Positions 25,985 through 36,551 of a DNA stretch of 64,000 bases are shown here, one piece after another. Each line of letters begins with the position of its first letter. The first letter of the stretch is position 1. Source of the stretch: Oikopleura dioica (taxonomy: Eukaryota; Animalia; Chordata); the NCBI GenBank assembly GCA_907165135.1, contig OU015568.1, positions 5,828,001-5,892,000 of the forward strand, in the 5' to 3' direction. Under the pieces are notes generated by a model that saw only the letters and a list, made by a program, of their open reading frames with translations, had not been told where the DNA came from and did not search any database. Both the position numbers and the translations under genes were made by a program.

Positions 25985-28900
25985 CTAGAACGAGTGCACG
26001 CCGTTGGAGCGAATTCAAAGAGTCTACTGCCAACTCTGAAGATGGAAGCTCGCGGAAAAGCACAAAGCCTCGTTAAAATAAGCGTTCAGCTGGACACAGG
26101 AGCCGAAGTCACGTGTATTGGAGAACGGATTCTGGAGAAACTGGACCACAAAGTAAAATGGCAGAGAAGATTCGTGAAAGGCGTAAGCGGCAAAAGAATC
26201 GGAATCATGAACGAAAGAAACGAGAACAAAGTTTGTGACATAGAGTTGATGGTGAATGGAAATCCATGGATGATCAGCGACGCCATAGTCTTGGAAAGCA
26301 TTGACGGACTACTGATGGGCGTAACAGACATGGATGGGAACACATCAATCGACATGGTCAATAGAAGAATCGTTTTCGAAAAGTTCAAGGTCGCCGCAAG
26401 CTATGACCGACAAAACGTACTGAAAATCAGTACAAAGCACGAACTGTCAGACGGAAACTTCGAACCAGATGCCAGAAAGACCTACAAGGAAAAACTGGAG
26501 AAGATGAGAAAAGAAGCTCGAGAATCGTCGACGGTGGATGACATCGTACTTGGTGAAGTAGTCAAAGAAAACCCGAAGCTGGAGGAGCGACTCATGACCA
26601 AGATAAGAGACAAGAAGTACAAGAAGGTGTTCTCAAAAGTCACAGGATGCCTTCCAAAAGAATTCGAGATATCAGCGCCGATGATGAGAGTGGAACTATC
26701 GAATCAAGTCACCAGGCAAAAGAACGAGCAAATGTCCGATGAAAAGAAGGAGATTGTAGCGAAACATCTGGACGAACTTGCTAGAGACTACATCGTGGTA
26801 TTTCCACAAGATCATGGAATCTCGGTCAAAAACATCATACCAATCATGGTTGTCGAAAAGAGAGACGACCAAGGTGAAGCCATCCCACTGGCTCAATCGG
26901 CGAGGATCGTGGCTCAGGCACACAGAAGCGTGAACCTGTGGACAAAAGCCCCTCCAAGAGTAACGGATGAACTGAAGGACGTTCTAGCAAAAGCAGCGAA
27001 GGCGTCGAAGAACAAGTTCATGATGAAGACGGACATCTCTCAAGCGTTCTTCCAACTACCGACGGAGAAGGCGCTATGGCCGTATTTTGGAGTGTATCAC
27101 CCCTATAAAGGGGTGATGTGCTATACTCGAGCGAGCCAGGGATGGATCGCCAGCATGGGAATGGTGAGAGAAGCGTTCCTGAGAATCTTCGAGCCGCTGA
27201 AGAAGTACATGGTGCGGTATGCCGACGATGTGTTCATCAGCGCAAACAACGAGGACGAGTTTGTTCTCGTTGTCACAAGATTTTTGGACATCTGCGCGCA
27301 CTTCAATTTGAGCCTGAAAGGGTCCAAAATGGCGATTGGTGTATCGGAGATGAACTTCCTTGGCGCAAAAGTCAAAGGAGGAAAGATCGTTGCTTCACCT
27401 CATCAAGCTCAGAAGATAAGAGATTACGACATCTCGACGATAAAAACGGTGTCGGATCTCAGAAGCTTTCTAGGAATACTGGTACCGCTGAGTAAGTTCA
27501 AATGCAGAGCCACCGACTTTCTCGTCCCACTAAGAAAATGCCTGGACAATGATGGAAAGGCGAAGATCGTTTGGACGGAAGAAGCGAAAGAAGCGATAAA
27601 AATGGCGAAGAAAGCGATGGACGAACTCACGGAGCTAACACCATTTGACGAAGATAAACAGCAATACATCGTAGTCGACAGCTCAGCAAAAGGAACAGGA
27701 GCAATCCTGTTTCAAAAGGAGCTAGTGGACGGCAAAGAGATCAACAGAGTAGTGGAATTTTACTCGAGAAAACGACCAGACAGCGAAAGAAAGTACACTG
27801 CATCAAGTTGCATGCTAGAAACAGCAGGGTTGGTTGGAGCACTGTGCTACTGGCGACGATATCTAATCGAGAGCAAATTCCCGACGATTGTATTCACTGA
27901 CTCGATGCCACTAACGATGATAGCAAAGAGATGGACGGAGAACTTGACGCCGAGCGACATTGTATCAATAAACAATTTGTTCAAGGCTATCCTAGGCTTA
28001 AGAATCGTAGTTAGACATCTGCCGGGAAAAAGCATAGAGATCAGTGGCGTGGATTTCATCAGTCGCAGCTCGGGTCACATGGAAGAATGTGATGCGAAAC
28101 GCTGCAAGATTTGTGAGATCAGTCAAACCCCGAGAAGTGATCAATCTCCATTCATCTCGGAAGAAAAGTTGGAGGAAATCAACAAGGAAGTCAGAAAGTT
28201 GAAAGACTGGCATTCATCGAAAAGAATCATGATCGTCGACGACCAATTCACCGAGGAAATGAGCAACGAAATATGGTCGGCGAATTGTGATGAAGTAGTT
28301 GAAGTTGATTACAACAAAGAAGCATTCCAGACAGTGGCGATGGCACTCAGGGAAAGAAAAGCTAGAGACTTACTGGATTTCTTGAAGGACGAGAAGACGC
28401 TGAGGAAGATGCAGCTCTCGGACAAGCTACTGAAAGAAGTAATCAAGTACGTGGAAAAAGATCTGAACCCACCGCCACGAAAACAACGACTAAACACGCT
28501 ATGCAAGAAGGCATTCTTGGAGAAGGGCTACCTAAAAATCAAGAGATAGATAGGGACAGCGGAGTATGAGCTAGTACTAGTTCCAGAACATTGCGCTCTG
28601 AAAGTGATAAAGATAGTGCATGACACAGTCGGGTGCAATAGTCCAACTCAACTTACGAACAATGTCAGAAGATACTTCGATCTCCAAAATGTCAGAAATC
28701 ACGTGCTGAAGTTTGTAAATCAATGCTACAAATGTACGCTGATGAGACGACCAGACAACTTCGAAGCAAAACCAATGAAGGAAGTCCCAGTGCCAAGTAA
28801 ACTTGGGGAAGTCATATTCGTGGATGAGATACACAGAACGGATAGATTCAAGAGACCGCTGAAGATCTATTTCGCCACGGAAGCCATCAGCCGATTTGCA

Positions 28901-30430
28901 GTAGCACTACCGAGCAGAAATCACACGAATACAGAAGGATTTGTAGAATTCATGTTTCTGGCGAAGCAACTATTGTCTCCACTACAATCAACGAGGAGCA
29001 AAGTCATCGTAAGATGCGACCGCCACTCAGTCCATAAATCAGAAGAAACAAAGAAAAGTCTTGAGGAACTGGGAATGGAAGTATCGATTTACGAATCTAC
29101 AACTTTCTCGAAGAACATAATACCGGAACAAGATGCGAGGATCGGCCTTTTCTCGAAGTTACTAAACGCGGTGCAGAATGACCCATCGAAATCGGTTTTA
29201 GAAGCTACAAGCTGGGCTTGCGCTCAGTACAATCACACGTTATCATCAGGGAACTTGGCACCGGTCGAAATAATGACTGGAAGAAAGGCTGTAACGCAAG
29301 AACCGGTGGACATAAACCTCGACAGCTTGATCGACGATATCAAGTCGAATAGAAAGACGAAAAGAGATGCGGCGGACAAGTCAAATGCATCAAAGAAGAA
29401 GTCGAAAAGGCTGAATCTAGTGGAAAAAGGAAAAGCGACGTCGGAGGAGGAAACGGAGATAGACGTTGGCCAGATCATCAGAACAGCGCAGAAATGGGAC
29501 AAAAACGATCTCGACAGACTATACAGAGTTACAAGCATCGAATGGTCCAGAAGAGAGGTCAAAGCGGTCAAAGTGAACGCGAGAAACAAGACGAAACCGA
29601 AAACGATAAGTTTCAGCGCGATTGATGCAGTGATAAGTCAGGAAGTGAGGACAATCCAAGAAAACCTCATAGACAATAGCATCGTGAGAAGCTGGATTGT
29701 CACGAAGAATGGTTTGTCAGTCTGGGAAGAAGCTCCGCAAGATCACATCGGACCAAGGGCCCCGAGAATGCCGACATTTGATGATTCGGGCATCTCACAA
29801 GGACCACCAGGGTCAGTAATGCCACCAACTCCGTTACCAGAAATTGTTGAAGAACCGGGCGAATCCACACCAAAATTCGACTCACACATCAGCTCAGCGA
29901 TCGAATGGAGAAACCCGAGGAAAATCAATCCGACGGAAGAAAGATTCAACTGGATACCATCGCCGGAAGAAGTCCTAGAAACTACGGATGAAGGAGACAA
30001 CTCAATGTCGACTGTCAAGAGTTTCGAAACGTTGATGAATTGCTCGAAGAACTCATCGGAACTGAATGAGGAAGACATGAAAGAACTAGAAAACTCATTC
30101 GAATGGATAAATGAGGATGAAATGAAAGAAAAACAACCCAGGAGATCAACTAGAAAAACCTGGAGACCTGCAAGTTATGAAGAAAAAGCTCGAATGAAGA
30201 AAACTAATGAGAAGATATCATCTTTTCGTCTTTATTCGTCATCATTTCAAGTGAAGAGAGATCAAACAGTCTCTTTAAAGTTTCCCGAGTCGTGTCCAGC
30301 GTCAGCATCGTTGGAGGTTTCTGCATCGAACGGGGTGAAACACCTGAATGAAGATTTAGAAGAAGCGAGCTCACATCTGTACCTACATGTCTATCATCGC
30401 GCGGTAGCTCAACTCAGAAGGCATCGGTAG
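25985..30430 (+). CDS. pol: Pol (protease, RT, RNase H, integrase), interrupted by an in-frame TAG at 28547-28549
   Basis: LDTGAE (26093), YADD (27218-27229), RNase H motifs VDSS / ETAGL / FTDS, and integrase D...D(35)E with exactly 35 residues. The natural end may be TAA-TGA at 30205-30210. Confidence 0.9.
30231..30236 (-). promoter_or_regulatory. AATAAA polyadenylation signal of the antisense gene
   Basis: TTTATT on the + strand, 25 nt past the antisense stop codon. Confidence 0.6.
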
Positions 30431-33400
30431 AAGTCGAGTTGCTAGCATCTTTGCCGCCAGAGCTGGGTGGAGATCCTTGCCCACCTTCGAAAGCATCTTC
30501 TCCGTCGGATACATCCGGCAAAGTACTTTCATAGTCGCGGAGAAGTTGTTCTTCAGATACTCCACGAGGATTGCCGTCAAACGTAACTTCGTGCTGGCGG
30601 TACAGGTGAAGAGTTTGCCGACTGATGGCCGCACCACGGCTTCGTAGAAAGACGAGATCTCCCCGATGGTGCGCTGAGCTAAGAGTTCAAAGGTTATCAT
30701 CTACTTGTGGCGCATACCTGGCGCGCCGGACTCCCATGTTCGCTCAGTCTCAGCAGGGTCGAATGGCACGAAAGTGCTCGGCCGCACTTCGGGTCGATCG
30801 CCTCGCTCGCAGTCAGCTTGCAGAAACCGGAACGTAGCCACGATGTCGGCGTCATCACCGCCATAATATTGCACATGGCGTCGTCGTTCGTAGTTCTCGC
30901 GCCAGCTTGGCGGGAGAAGTTCTTAAAACAAACGATTACTCGCGGAACTCACTAGAAATCATTACCTGGATGAAAGCGACACTTGGTGGTGCGCCGTTTT
31001 CCTTCATCGGAGGAATACGGCTCTTCACAATCTCCAGTACCGAGCTCACCGCGCTCGTACAAGGTCTTCACGTAGCAATACAGCCCACCAGTGAACGCTA
31101 GAAATACACGAATCAATCACGATTCTACAATAAGCAAGTTTACCTTCGAAGGGGAGCACTGCCATCAACTTCGGAAGAATCATCAGCAAGTGCGACGAGC
31201 TATCACCGGCTTGATGCGCGAAATGAACACCCGGCAGTCCAATATGACGCACGGGCTTGTCAGCGGGTGAAGGTCCAGCGGAAGACGCACGCCACGTAAA
31301 AGTATCTTGATATGGCGGGGCCGAAACGTCATCGACAGGGCGAAGATCGGCATAAACCGGAGGATGTCGACGTCCTTGTCGATCGTAGAAGCGATCCTTA
31401 ACAAAGAAGCCGTTAAGTATCGCAGAGAAGAAACATTAGCTTACCTGGTTGAGCTGCGCTGGTGCAGTCGCTCGATACTTGCCATGACGTCCATCAGGCG
31501 GGAAATCAACCTGACTGAACTTGGACATCTCTACAGAAGCACACCCAGCGAAAAAGGATTCAATCATCCAAAATGTACGCTTGCGTCCACCAGCGCCGCA
31601 AGACAGAGTCAAACCAGGAACACCGCGAACAGAGAAGTCCATCACGAAGCAGGACTCGGGCGGTGTAGACGTACTCAGGGCGTTGGGTCGAAGCCCATAC
31701 TCAGCAGTCATCACAGAAGCGATGACAAGTACAGACTCTAGCATGCCCAAGCCGTGAACATCGAGATCTGGAATGTTCACGCCCCAGCTCTGCATACCTG
31801 AATGATCATGTTAAAGAAAGAATCAACGCGAAGAAGTACTTACACAAACCGCTAAGCCTCATCGTTTCATCAACAGGCGGCCGAATCACTTGCTGCATCG
31901 AAGCCCGATAGAGATCCATCGGCGTCAGCAAGAACACTTCTTCGCACGGTCGATCGCCAAGACGAAAAAGGCGTCGACAACACATTCGAAGATGAGCGTC
32001 CGGATAGACAGTGTCAATCCGAGACAAAGCGAACATGACATCAGGAGCTCTAAACATGCAGAGTTAGGGAAGTCACTTGATATTGACAAGAAGAACTCAA
32101 GTCCCAAGATTACATACCGGTGCTGGCGATGTTCATCGAATTCGCGCATCGGCAAATCGTACGATCCGAAACCGACTCCGCGGAATGCGCCGTATCCGAA
32201 GTGACAAGCGTCGTTCTGTGAGTCGAGGATGAAGGCATCGTGTCGGAAAAGATCCGAAGAAGGGTCGAAGCCAAGCGGTAGATCGAGCAGAGGCTCGAGG
32301 AACTTTTCAGCAAATACAGAGGGACCCAGCGAATCCTCAAGAGCACGCTAAAGAAGTTCATTAGTTTTAGTACGACGGCAGTAGACTTACAAGATAGGAG
32401 CAGCCAGGGGATCTATCACCATGAAACATTGGATGCCCCAGAAGCGTCTGACTCAAGCCGAAATCTTGACGGTCGACCAAAGAACGCCCATAATAGCCGC
32501 CGTCGAGCAGAAGATTCCAAACACCTACACTCCAGTCGTCATCCAGCAAAGTCGGCCGACCACGCAGATAATCTTGAAAGAAAAGTTTAGTAAAACGAAG
32601 AAATCAACGAAGAACTACCTGGCAGAGTCACAACGACCCGACTTAGTCGATTGAAGGGCCGTCGAGGGCCGCTGGAAGAGATCTTCCCGCCCGACTGCAG
32701 GTAGAAGACATCATGAGCACGATCAGCATCAGTCCGGGGTCCGACGTAAGGTGCAGCAGCGTACCGACGAAGGACAGGCTCCAACAAGATGGGCGCTTCT
32801 TGAGAAATCAGCGGCAGACCATCACACGGGTCCATGTCGACGTGTAGATAGCTGTCGCACTCATCTTCATCGTGACAGCGATGGCGTTTGGCAGCCTCTT
32901 CTCGGACCGAAGAAACAGGAAATCGTGGAAATCGGCGCCGACGACGATTTGGAGAAGGTGGACGAGCGGGAATAGCTGGCACGGGCACGAAAGCAGAGTC
33001 GGAAGTGGTCCGGCGTGTCGAAGTACCAGCAAGAAACTGCTGCGAACGAAAAGCAGGCAGCAAGAAATCGCGGAAAGCTTCACAACCAGAGCCGCGTCGT
33101 CCCTTATCCGATTGCGAAGTACTCTTCGTGACGGGATAATGAACGAGATCTACAACAGAATTTTAGAAGACAGAAAAACAAAGAAGAGATTTGGACTTAC
33201 TCGCACTGCCAAGCGGCCGACTGACCAATTTCAGTTGAGCCATACATCGCGAGAGAGATGTCTCGGTCGTTTCGGTAGATACATCTCGAGTTGCAGCTTT
33301 GAGATCAGCAATTGGGCCAATTCGTCGAGAGTATTTCAACTGGTACGCGGGAGAGCAAGCAGCGATCTTTTGGGAATCCTTCAGCGTTCGTTCGTAGTCA

Positions 33401-33921
33401 CGAGATTCCTCCCAGTTTGAAAACTCCCGCGGAACGGCATAACCAAGATACATCCGGGACGCGTTGTAGTACTGGATAGGCTGATCAACGAGCGGCCGAG
33501 AAGAGATCGATGCATCGTCAGCAACTCCGCGTCGATGCACACTGGTTTTCTTGCCGGTGTCGATCAACAAAGAAGGAGGATCGTAGAAATCGACTCCTGA
33601 CTCAGGAGCACCGAGGGGATGATCCATTTCGGGATCACGAGGACGAGCGGCGACTTCATCAACTTCATCTTTATCTAGAAAGATGGGAGCTTCATCCAGC
33701 GGGCGAGGCTGAGGATTTGGAACTGAACGAACGTCGTTCCGGATGTGTCTGTCCCAGTCATCGCCAGAACCACCGCCAGAAAGGTCGCCACCGCTGCTTT
33801 TCTCGAGCTGATCGCGTAAAGTAGGAGTTCCTCGCCGTGGGTGTTTCTCAATGAACTCGCCGGACTCCAACGACTCCTGAGTTGAAGGATCTTCTTCATC
33901 AGAGCCAAGATCCCAAGCCAT
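30262..33921 (-). CDS. Antisense 11-exon gene inside the retrotransposon, 1061 aa, no recognisable domain
   Basis: Exons are 33921-33201, 33149-32619, 32572-32391, 32347-32118, 32049-31844, 31797-31445, 31396-31144, 31097-30966, 30921-30718, 30678-30387 and 30343-30262. Ten GT-AG introns of 51, 46, 43, 68, 46, 48, 46, 44, 39 and 43 nt separate them. The total of 3186 nt has no internal stop. Confidence 0.88.
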
Positions 33922-34324
33922 TTCTCTACAACAACTAGATTCCGTCTGAAAAGAAAAGAAAGGATGAATCTAGTTGACAAACAAGCAAAAGTAGTTCAAG
34001 CAGAAGTTTTCTCTAGAAGAATGATCAAAATCCAGCAACTCTCGTAGAAAAGGATCAAATGGAGATGATCTGAAGACTGGTAAACAAGTAAACAAGGTCG
34101 CGAGAGTTTTTCAAATGAAGCGCGGCGTAGGCGGCGCGAAATGGGAGGACCTACGTGTGAACCCGGAGGACCCGCGAAAAGAAGAAAACAACTGCTGAAC
34201 AACAACAACACGAAAACCGGCAAAAGCAGATGGCCGGAAAAATGCCACCGAAACCATGACGCAGAAAGCTTCACTTTGCAAAGAGTCAACTAGTGATCGC
34301 ACGCGTCTTGAGAGAATTTGAAGC

Positions 34325-35257
34325 ATGAATCGGCTGGCAGCAGCGTTGGAAACCTCGAAGTTATTGCCGAAGAGCTGGAACTATCCGAGCCAAGTGGACG
34401 ACTCGCGACTCTCCGAACGCTCGAAGAAGATATTGAAGAAGTTCGAAAAGTTGGACGAAACAGGCAAGCGATTGCCTGCGAGTCTGATGTCGGAGCGGGT
34501 CCACGCCTTCCACTTTGAATACGAGAAGACGGTGGCGGAGCTGATGGAAGTCCTCTCGGACAAGGGCATCGAGAAGAATGGAGGCAACCAACTACTTGCG
34601 TTCGCCATATTTAATCCGTATAGTGGCGGATATAGAATCCTGATGAAGCAGACGAGCTTTCGGGCTGAACTCCTGCTGCAATCTCCAGGCTATTGGCCGA
34701 GAGACTCCAACTATCCTGGGGACCATCAATACTCCCGTGACCTGAACCGATCGGTCCGAATGCAGTCGGCGATTGAAGGTGGTACTCTTGAGGTGACAGT
34801 GAGCTCTGACGCGGCTAGCCGATCGTCGGAGGAGGCGTTGGGACTGCTGTCATCATCGGAGGAGTTGCCAACGATGGCGGAGCTGTCGATTGTGAAAGGA
34901 TCCGGGGATATTGAAGCGGAGGAACCGAGCACGTCAGGGTTGAAGACATTCTCTCGAAACGGATCGACGAGGAAATCCGACAAGCGAAAGCGGGAGCAAC
35001 TGGATTCAACCTTGACAACGTCAGCTAAGAAGCAGAAGAAGAGAGAGCCACTCAAAGTTACTACATTCTTCGAGAAGAATTCGTCGTCGGACGGTGGCAG
35101 TGACTTCAATGATGAAACTTTCGATCATTTGGTCGTAGTTAGCTCTGAAGAAGAGAAAGCGCCAAAGAAGAAGGTGCTTCCACGACCGAAGGTGCTGTCT
35201 AAGATCGTCCGACCGTACAATAAGAAGAGAGCCGAGAAGAAGAAGTCAAAGAAGTAG
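34325..35257 (+). CDS. 310-aa accessory ORF of the retrotransposon with an acidic/Ser-rich middle and NLS-like basic clusters; not env-like
   Basis: Intact ATG-TAG ORF just upstream of the PPT, with KRKR, KKQKKR, PKKK and KKKSKK clusters. No signal peptide or TM segment is visible. Confidence 0.75.
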   Translation: MNRLAAALETSKLLPKSWNYPSQVDDSRLSERSKKILKKFEKLDETGKRLPASLMSERVHAFHFEYEKTVAELMEVLSDKGIEKNGGNQLLAFAIFNPYSGGYRILMKQTSFRAELLLQSPGYWPRDSNYPGDHQYSRDLNRSVRMQSAIEGGTLEVTVSSDAASRSSEEALGLLSSSEELPTMAELSIVKGSGDIEAEEPSTSGLKTFSRNGSTRKSDKRKREQLDSTLTTSAKKQKKREPLKVTTFFEKNSSSDGGSDFNDETFDHLVVVSSEEEKAPKKKVLPRPKVLSKIVRPYNKKRAEKKKSKK

Positions 35258-35298
35258 ATCCCAATCAAGAACTGCATCGAAGAGCCTACTCTTCTCCT

Positions 35299-35316
35299 GA
35301 AAGGGGGGGGAGGGGG
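35299..35316 (+). promoter_or_regulatory. Polypurine tract
   Basis: GAAAGGGGGGGGAGGGGG, 2 nt before the 3' LTR. Confidence 0.9.
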
Positions 35317-35318
35317 CA

Positions 35319-35592
35319 CGTGGAAAGCTACATCAACACCCCACGGCGATGCTGCTGTTGCAATCTTGGTTCAATCTGTTATCTACATCTTTGTGCAAAT
35401 CTGTGCAGTGCGAGCCACAGCGGGTCATTCCTAGAGAACCCGTTGTGGTAAGTACAACTTCTATCTTCTCAGTAACTTTGACTAAACTAGTGCTTTCCGT
35501 ATTTATTGGAAAAGTACAGAAACAACAACATTTCGACTCGTTACTTGTACGCATTCTTCGATCAGCAGGCGCAGCAGGCTCGCACTTCCACG
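35319..35592 (+). repeat. 3' LTR
   Basis: Direct repeat of 24244-24517. Confidence 0.95.
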
Positions 35593-36551
35593 CTTTATAC
35601 TTTTTCTATATTTTTCCTTGCTTGAATTATTAAAGATACAGTATCTATTTGGGCAAAAAAAATTTAAAGGATTTTTCTAAATCAAGGTTCAGCTCAGTTT
35701 AAAAACTCAATCAGTAGGCGATGAGTTAAGTCTCCTCCGCGTTAATAATTGCCACTTACAAAAGCTCAGTCTCTTTAAACAAAAAATGACAGGGGCAAAA
35801 TTTTTGCTTAACAATCGCTAATTCGCGAATCCGGTAAAAAGCGCTTGTTTTATCCGCTCTCTTGTCTGCTGTGAGAACGGAACGAAAATGTGGACGTCTG
35901 CTTTCAAATTTGAATAAGAGAGAGGCGGCCCATGCAAAATGCAATCTATTCCAAATTGTAGCGTGAGCGATCAACTTCCGATTCGCGTCATCAAATTGGC
36001 AGTGAAGGAATTTTAGAAAGAAGCTTTTTTCCTAAAAATTTTTCATCATTTTTCAAAAATTTTATTTGATAAGGCTTTCGAAACTTATTTAACCTTGGAA
36101 AATGATATTATCTTATCTCAAAAATTACATAAAAAGCCTCATAATTGGTTCTTGAATGCTTGCCGAAAGAATTTTGAAAAATCAGCAAGGCGAAAAAAGA
36201 AGAACAAATAGAAAATGCAGCAATTCTGAATTCGCGTGAGAGGGCAAATATCAAATATCAAATACGCCTTTGCTCAGTCATTTTCCCTTCCAAACACTTT
36301 TCTCGGCCCGCCTCGATTCTCGTTTACTCACGAATAGCCGAGCAATTTTTAAAACTGTGTTTTCGTATTAAAGAGATTCTTATGTCATCTTCGTCTTACT
36401 GGGGCAAGGCAGCTCCGAAGCAGCAGTCTCGTTCACCCAGCCAAACAAGTGGAAGTGATGACCCAGTCTTTGTGAGGTATTTCGAATTGTTTCGAAAGCT
36501 CTATCAAATATTATTTATATTTGAAGTCCTGAAAGCTCTGTTGCTTCTGGA

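Larger units (their letters stand above)
24244..35592 (+). mobile_element. Full-length Ty3/Gypsy-type LTR retrotransposon (possibly Tor-related) carrying two accessory genes
   Basis: Two 274-bp direct repeats, a TGG-starting PBS-like site, a PPT, gag with a Zn knuckle, and PR-RT-RNaseH-IN domain order. Confidence 0.95.

Noticed and set aside
31183-31560. Possible cytosine DNA methyltransferase motifs in the antisense region (FFAGC, LTSPC)
   Set aside because: LTSPC is in a different frame from the phase-consistent spliced product, and no ENV or RxR motifs follow.
33594-33608. CTCCTGACTCAGGAG palindrome inside the antisense gene, matching the MITE core
   Set aside because: It has no MITE arms around it and is in-frame coding sequence (APESG), so it is probably coincidental.
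30200-34300. A decayed env gene on the + strand
   Set aside because: The + strand ORFs are short and lack TM or fusion features. The region is fully explained by the minus-strand spliced gene.
35308-35318. GGAGGGGGCAC resembles the complement of a tRNA-Cys 3' end
   Set aside because: It is part of the PPT before the 3' LTR, the wrong place for a PBS, and is probably a chance match in a G-run.
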